A stretch of DNA of 64,000 nt from Octopus vulgaris (Eukaryota), in the NCBI GenBank assembly GCA_951406725.2, contig OX597815.1, forward strand, positions 76,260,001-76,324,000, given 5' to 3'. A program made the translations under genes and the position numbers. The notes beneath the pieces were generated by a model that ran no database searches, had not been told where the DNA came from, and was given only the letters and a program-made list of their open reading frames with translations. The stretch's first letter is position 1. Each line of letters starts with the position of its first letter. Shown here piece after piece: positions 62,077-64,000 of the stretch.

Positions 62077-64000
62077 TCCATTCTGTTATAAATTAAAGTC
62101 TTTGGTAACACAGCATCTCTCTTAGCTTTTTACCAACTGTGAGTTCCAATAATAATCGGTTTGATGTAACAGCTTTGTGTAGTACACCTACCACAATTAA
62201 TTACTTTACACTTCATCTTTGAGAATATTTTTTCACCACCTGACCTCCACCATCTATTCATGTTATATTCTTCTCAAGAGAGAGATACTAATGTATGCTT
62301 CTCAGCCCTATTGTTTTGGGTTCAGTCCCACTGCATGGCACCTTGCACAAGTGTCTTCTACTATGCTCATCATATATTATTGCTAAATATCTTCATGTGC
62401 ATATGCACGCACGTGGGTGTATGTGTGTGTGCTATGTGTGTGTATCTTTGTTTTTGTGTCTGTCTCTTCACTGCTTGACAACCAGTGCTGGTTTGTTTAT
62501 GTTCCTGTAACTTAGTAGTTTAGCATGAGAGACTGATAGAGTAAGTACCTGAATTTACAAAGAAAAAGTACTGGGTATTGATTTGTTTGACTATAGAGGT
62601 GCCACAGCATGGCCATGGTCCAGTGACTGAAACAAATAAACAATATAAGATATCATTGCCAAAACTATACCTCAGTGACTGGGCTTTATCTCTATAGACA
62701 GAAAAGACATCAACCCTGATCAGTTGCTGATATTTTACAGAGCCTGAGTGTGTTCCACATTAGAATAATGCTTACATATTTTGGGATGCTGTTGCTTATG
62801 CATACAGGTATATTGTGATAGTATAAAAAGGCTAAAAAAACTGTTTGATAAAGACTCACTCCCAACTGCTGTCTCACAAACACAGTTTCTTCTTTCTACT
62901 TCTTGATACCTACTACATAATGAAAGTGCATAGCCTGGTCGTTAAGGTGTTGCACTCATGATCAACAAGATCATGGTTTCATTTCACAGATTGAGCAGTC
63001 TGTTGTGTTCTTGAGTGAAGCACTTTATTCCACATTGCTCTATGACCATTTAGGCATCTGATTTGTGATACACAGTGCATTTGCATCTGGAAATTTGTAC
63101 CAAGCAATTTTATGGTGGGAGTGAGCTAATGTACACACAAATAGTTAATCCTCATAAACAAATTATTAAATAAATTATCTATGGAGGTTGTTCAGCAAGA
63201 AATTGTGGACATAAGAGTCCATCAACATATCGACTAAAACAGCTTCTGCTCACTTTAAGTAGCTAACTGCTTACCTTGTTCACCTAGGCCCACTCAACAA
63301 ATCTACCTCCCCTCCTCTCATCATTCATATTTTCTCATCCTTCGGTTCCTCCGTTATACACTATGTGCAATCATTTCTCTCCACAAATGCAACTATCTGA
63401 AATTTTACCAAGCCTATATTTTGTCTGTAGTTCTTGCCTTTAAAAAGTTCAAATTTTGGCACAAGGCCAGCAAATTTGGGTGAAGAGGTAAGTCAATTAC
63501 ATCGACCTCAGTGCTCAACTGGTACTTATCATTTTATTTTCTCTGAAAAGGAGAAAGACAAAGCTGACCCTAGCAGAACTTGAGCTGAGGATATGAAGAT
63601 GGACAAAATGTCACTAAGCATTTAATCCAACATGCTAATGATTCTGCTTGCTTGCTGCTGTCAAGGTTCAAACTGAACATTAACCACATCAATTGCACCA
63701 ATGTAGGAAGGCCTATAACAGTCATGAATACTGCTCCTCCACTTCTGAGTAATTAATTGAACCCTCGACCTATTTCCGAGCAAAGTAATATTCCCCCATG
63801 GCTTGACATTTTCATGAAAGATTGGAAACAAATGATATCACTAGTATGATGATGATACTTGTATACAAGCTCAGCTAAATTTCTCAGAAACAACTCCAAC
63901 ACACTTTAAGGTTTTAAGTCTGATAATTCTCATTTTCCATTATACAAAAGCATTTTCTTACAACAATTAATTAAAAAGACTGCTATTGTCTCTCTGCATA

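Noticed and set aside
61467-62096. Poly-His/Pro/Ser/Gly/Asp ORFs
   Set aside because: Open in several frames on both strands because of triplet low complexity, with no splice or domain evidence.

Overview
AT-rich, repeat-dominated animal genomic DNA. The SINE, LINE and microsatellite content looks like a coleoid cephalopod (Octopus-like), which is an inference. No multi-exon protein-coding gene is evident, and almost all ORFs in the track come from microsatellites or transposons. Mobile content: dozens of tRNA-derived SINE copies, RTE and CR1-type LINE fragments, Helitrons, piggyBac-type MITEs, mariner/Tc1/DD37D relics, an internally deleted Chapaev3-type transposon, and several Penelope-like elements (PLEs), one with permuted Naiad-type domain order. 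The most striking system is a PLE family (19.8-22.4 kb, with short derivatives at 4.9-5.6 kb and 39.8-40.0 kb). Its terminal repeat joins a tRNA-Arg-like Pol III head, a minimal hammerhead ribozyme and a 3' hairpin tail, and it is inserted as tails-out inverted pairs with 13-bp target duplications. At least four other hammerhead-like motifs from unrelated families sit in (TA)n-associated inserts. A possible minus-strand host gene is suggested by a CpG-rich first exon with a consensus donor at about 60.4 kb and by an exon at about 46.2 kb carrying a 56-codon signal-peptide ORF that falls below the ORF-track cutoff. Coordinates of degenerate repeats are approximate and were read by eye.
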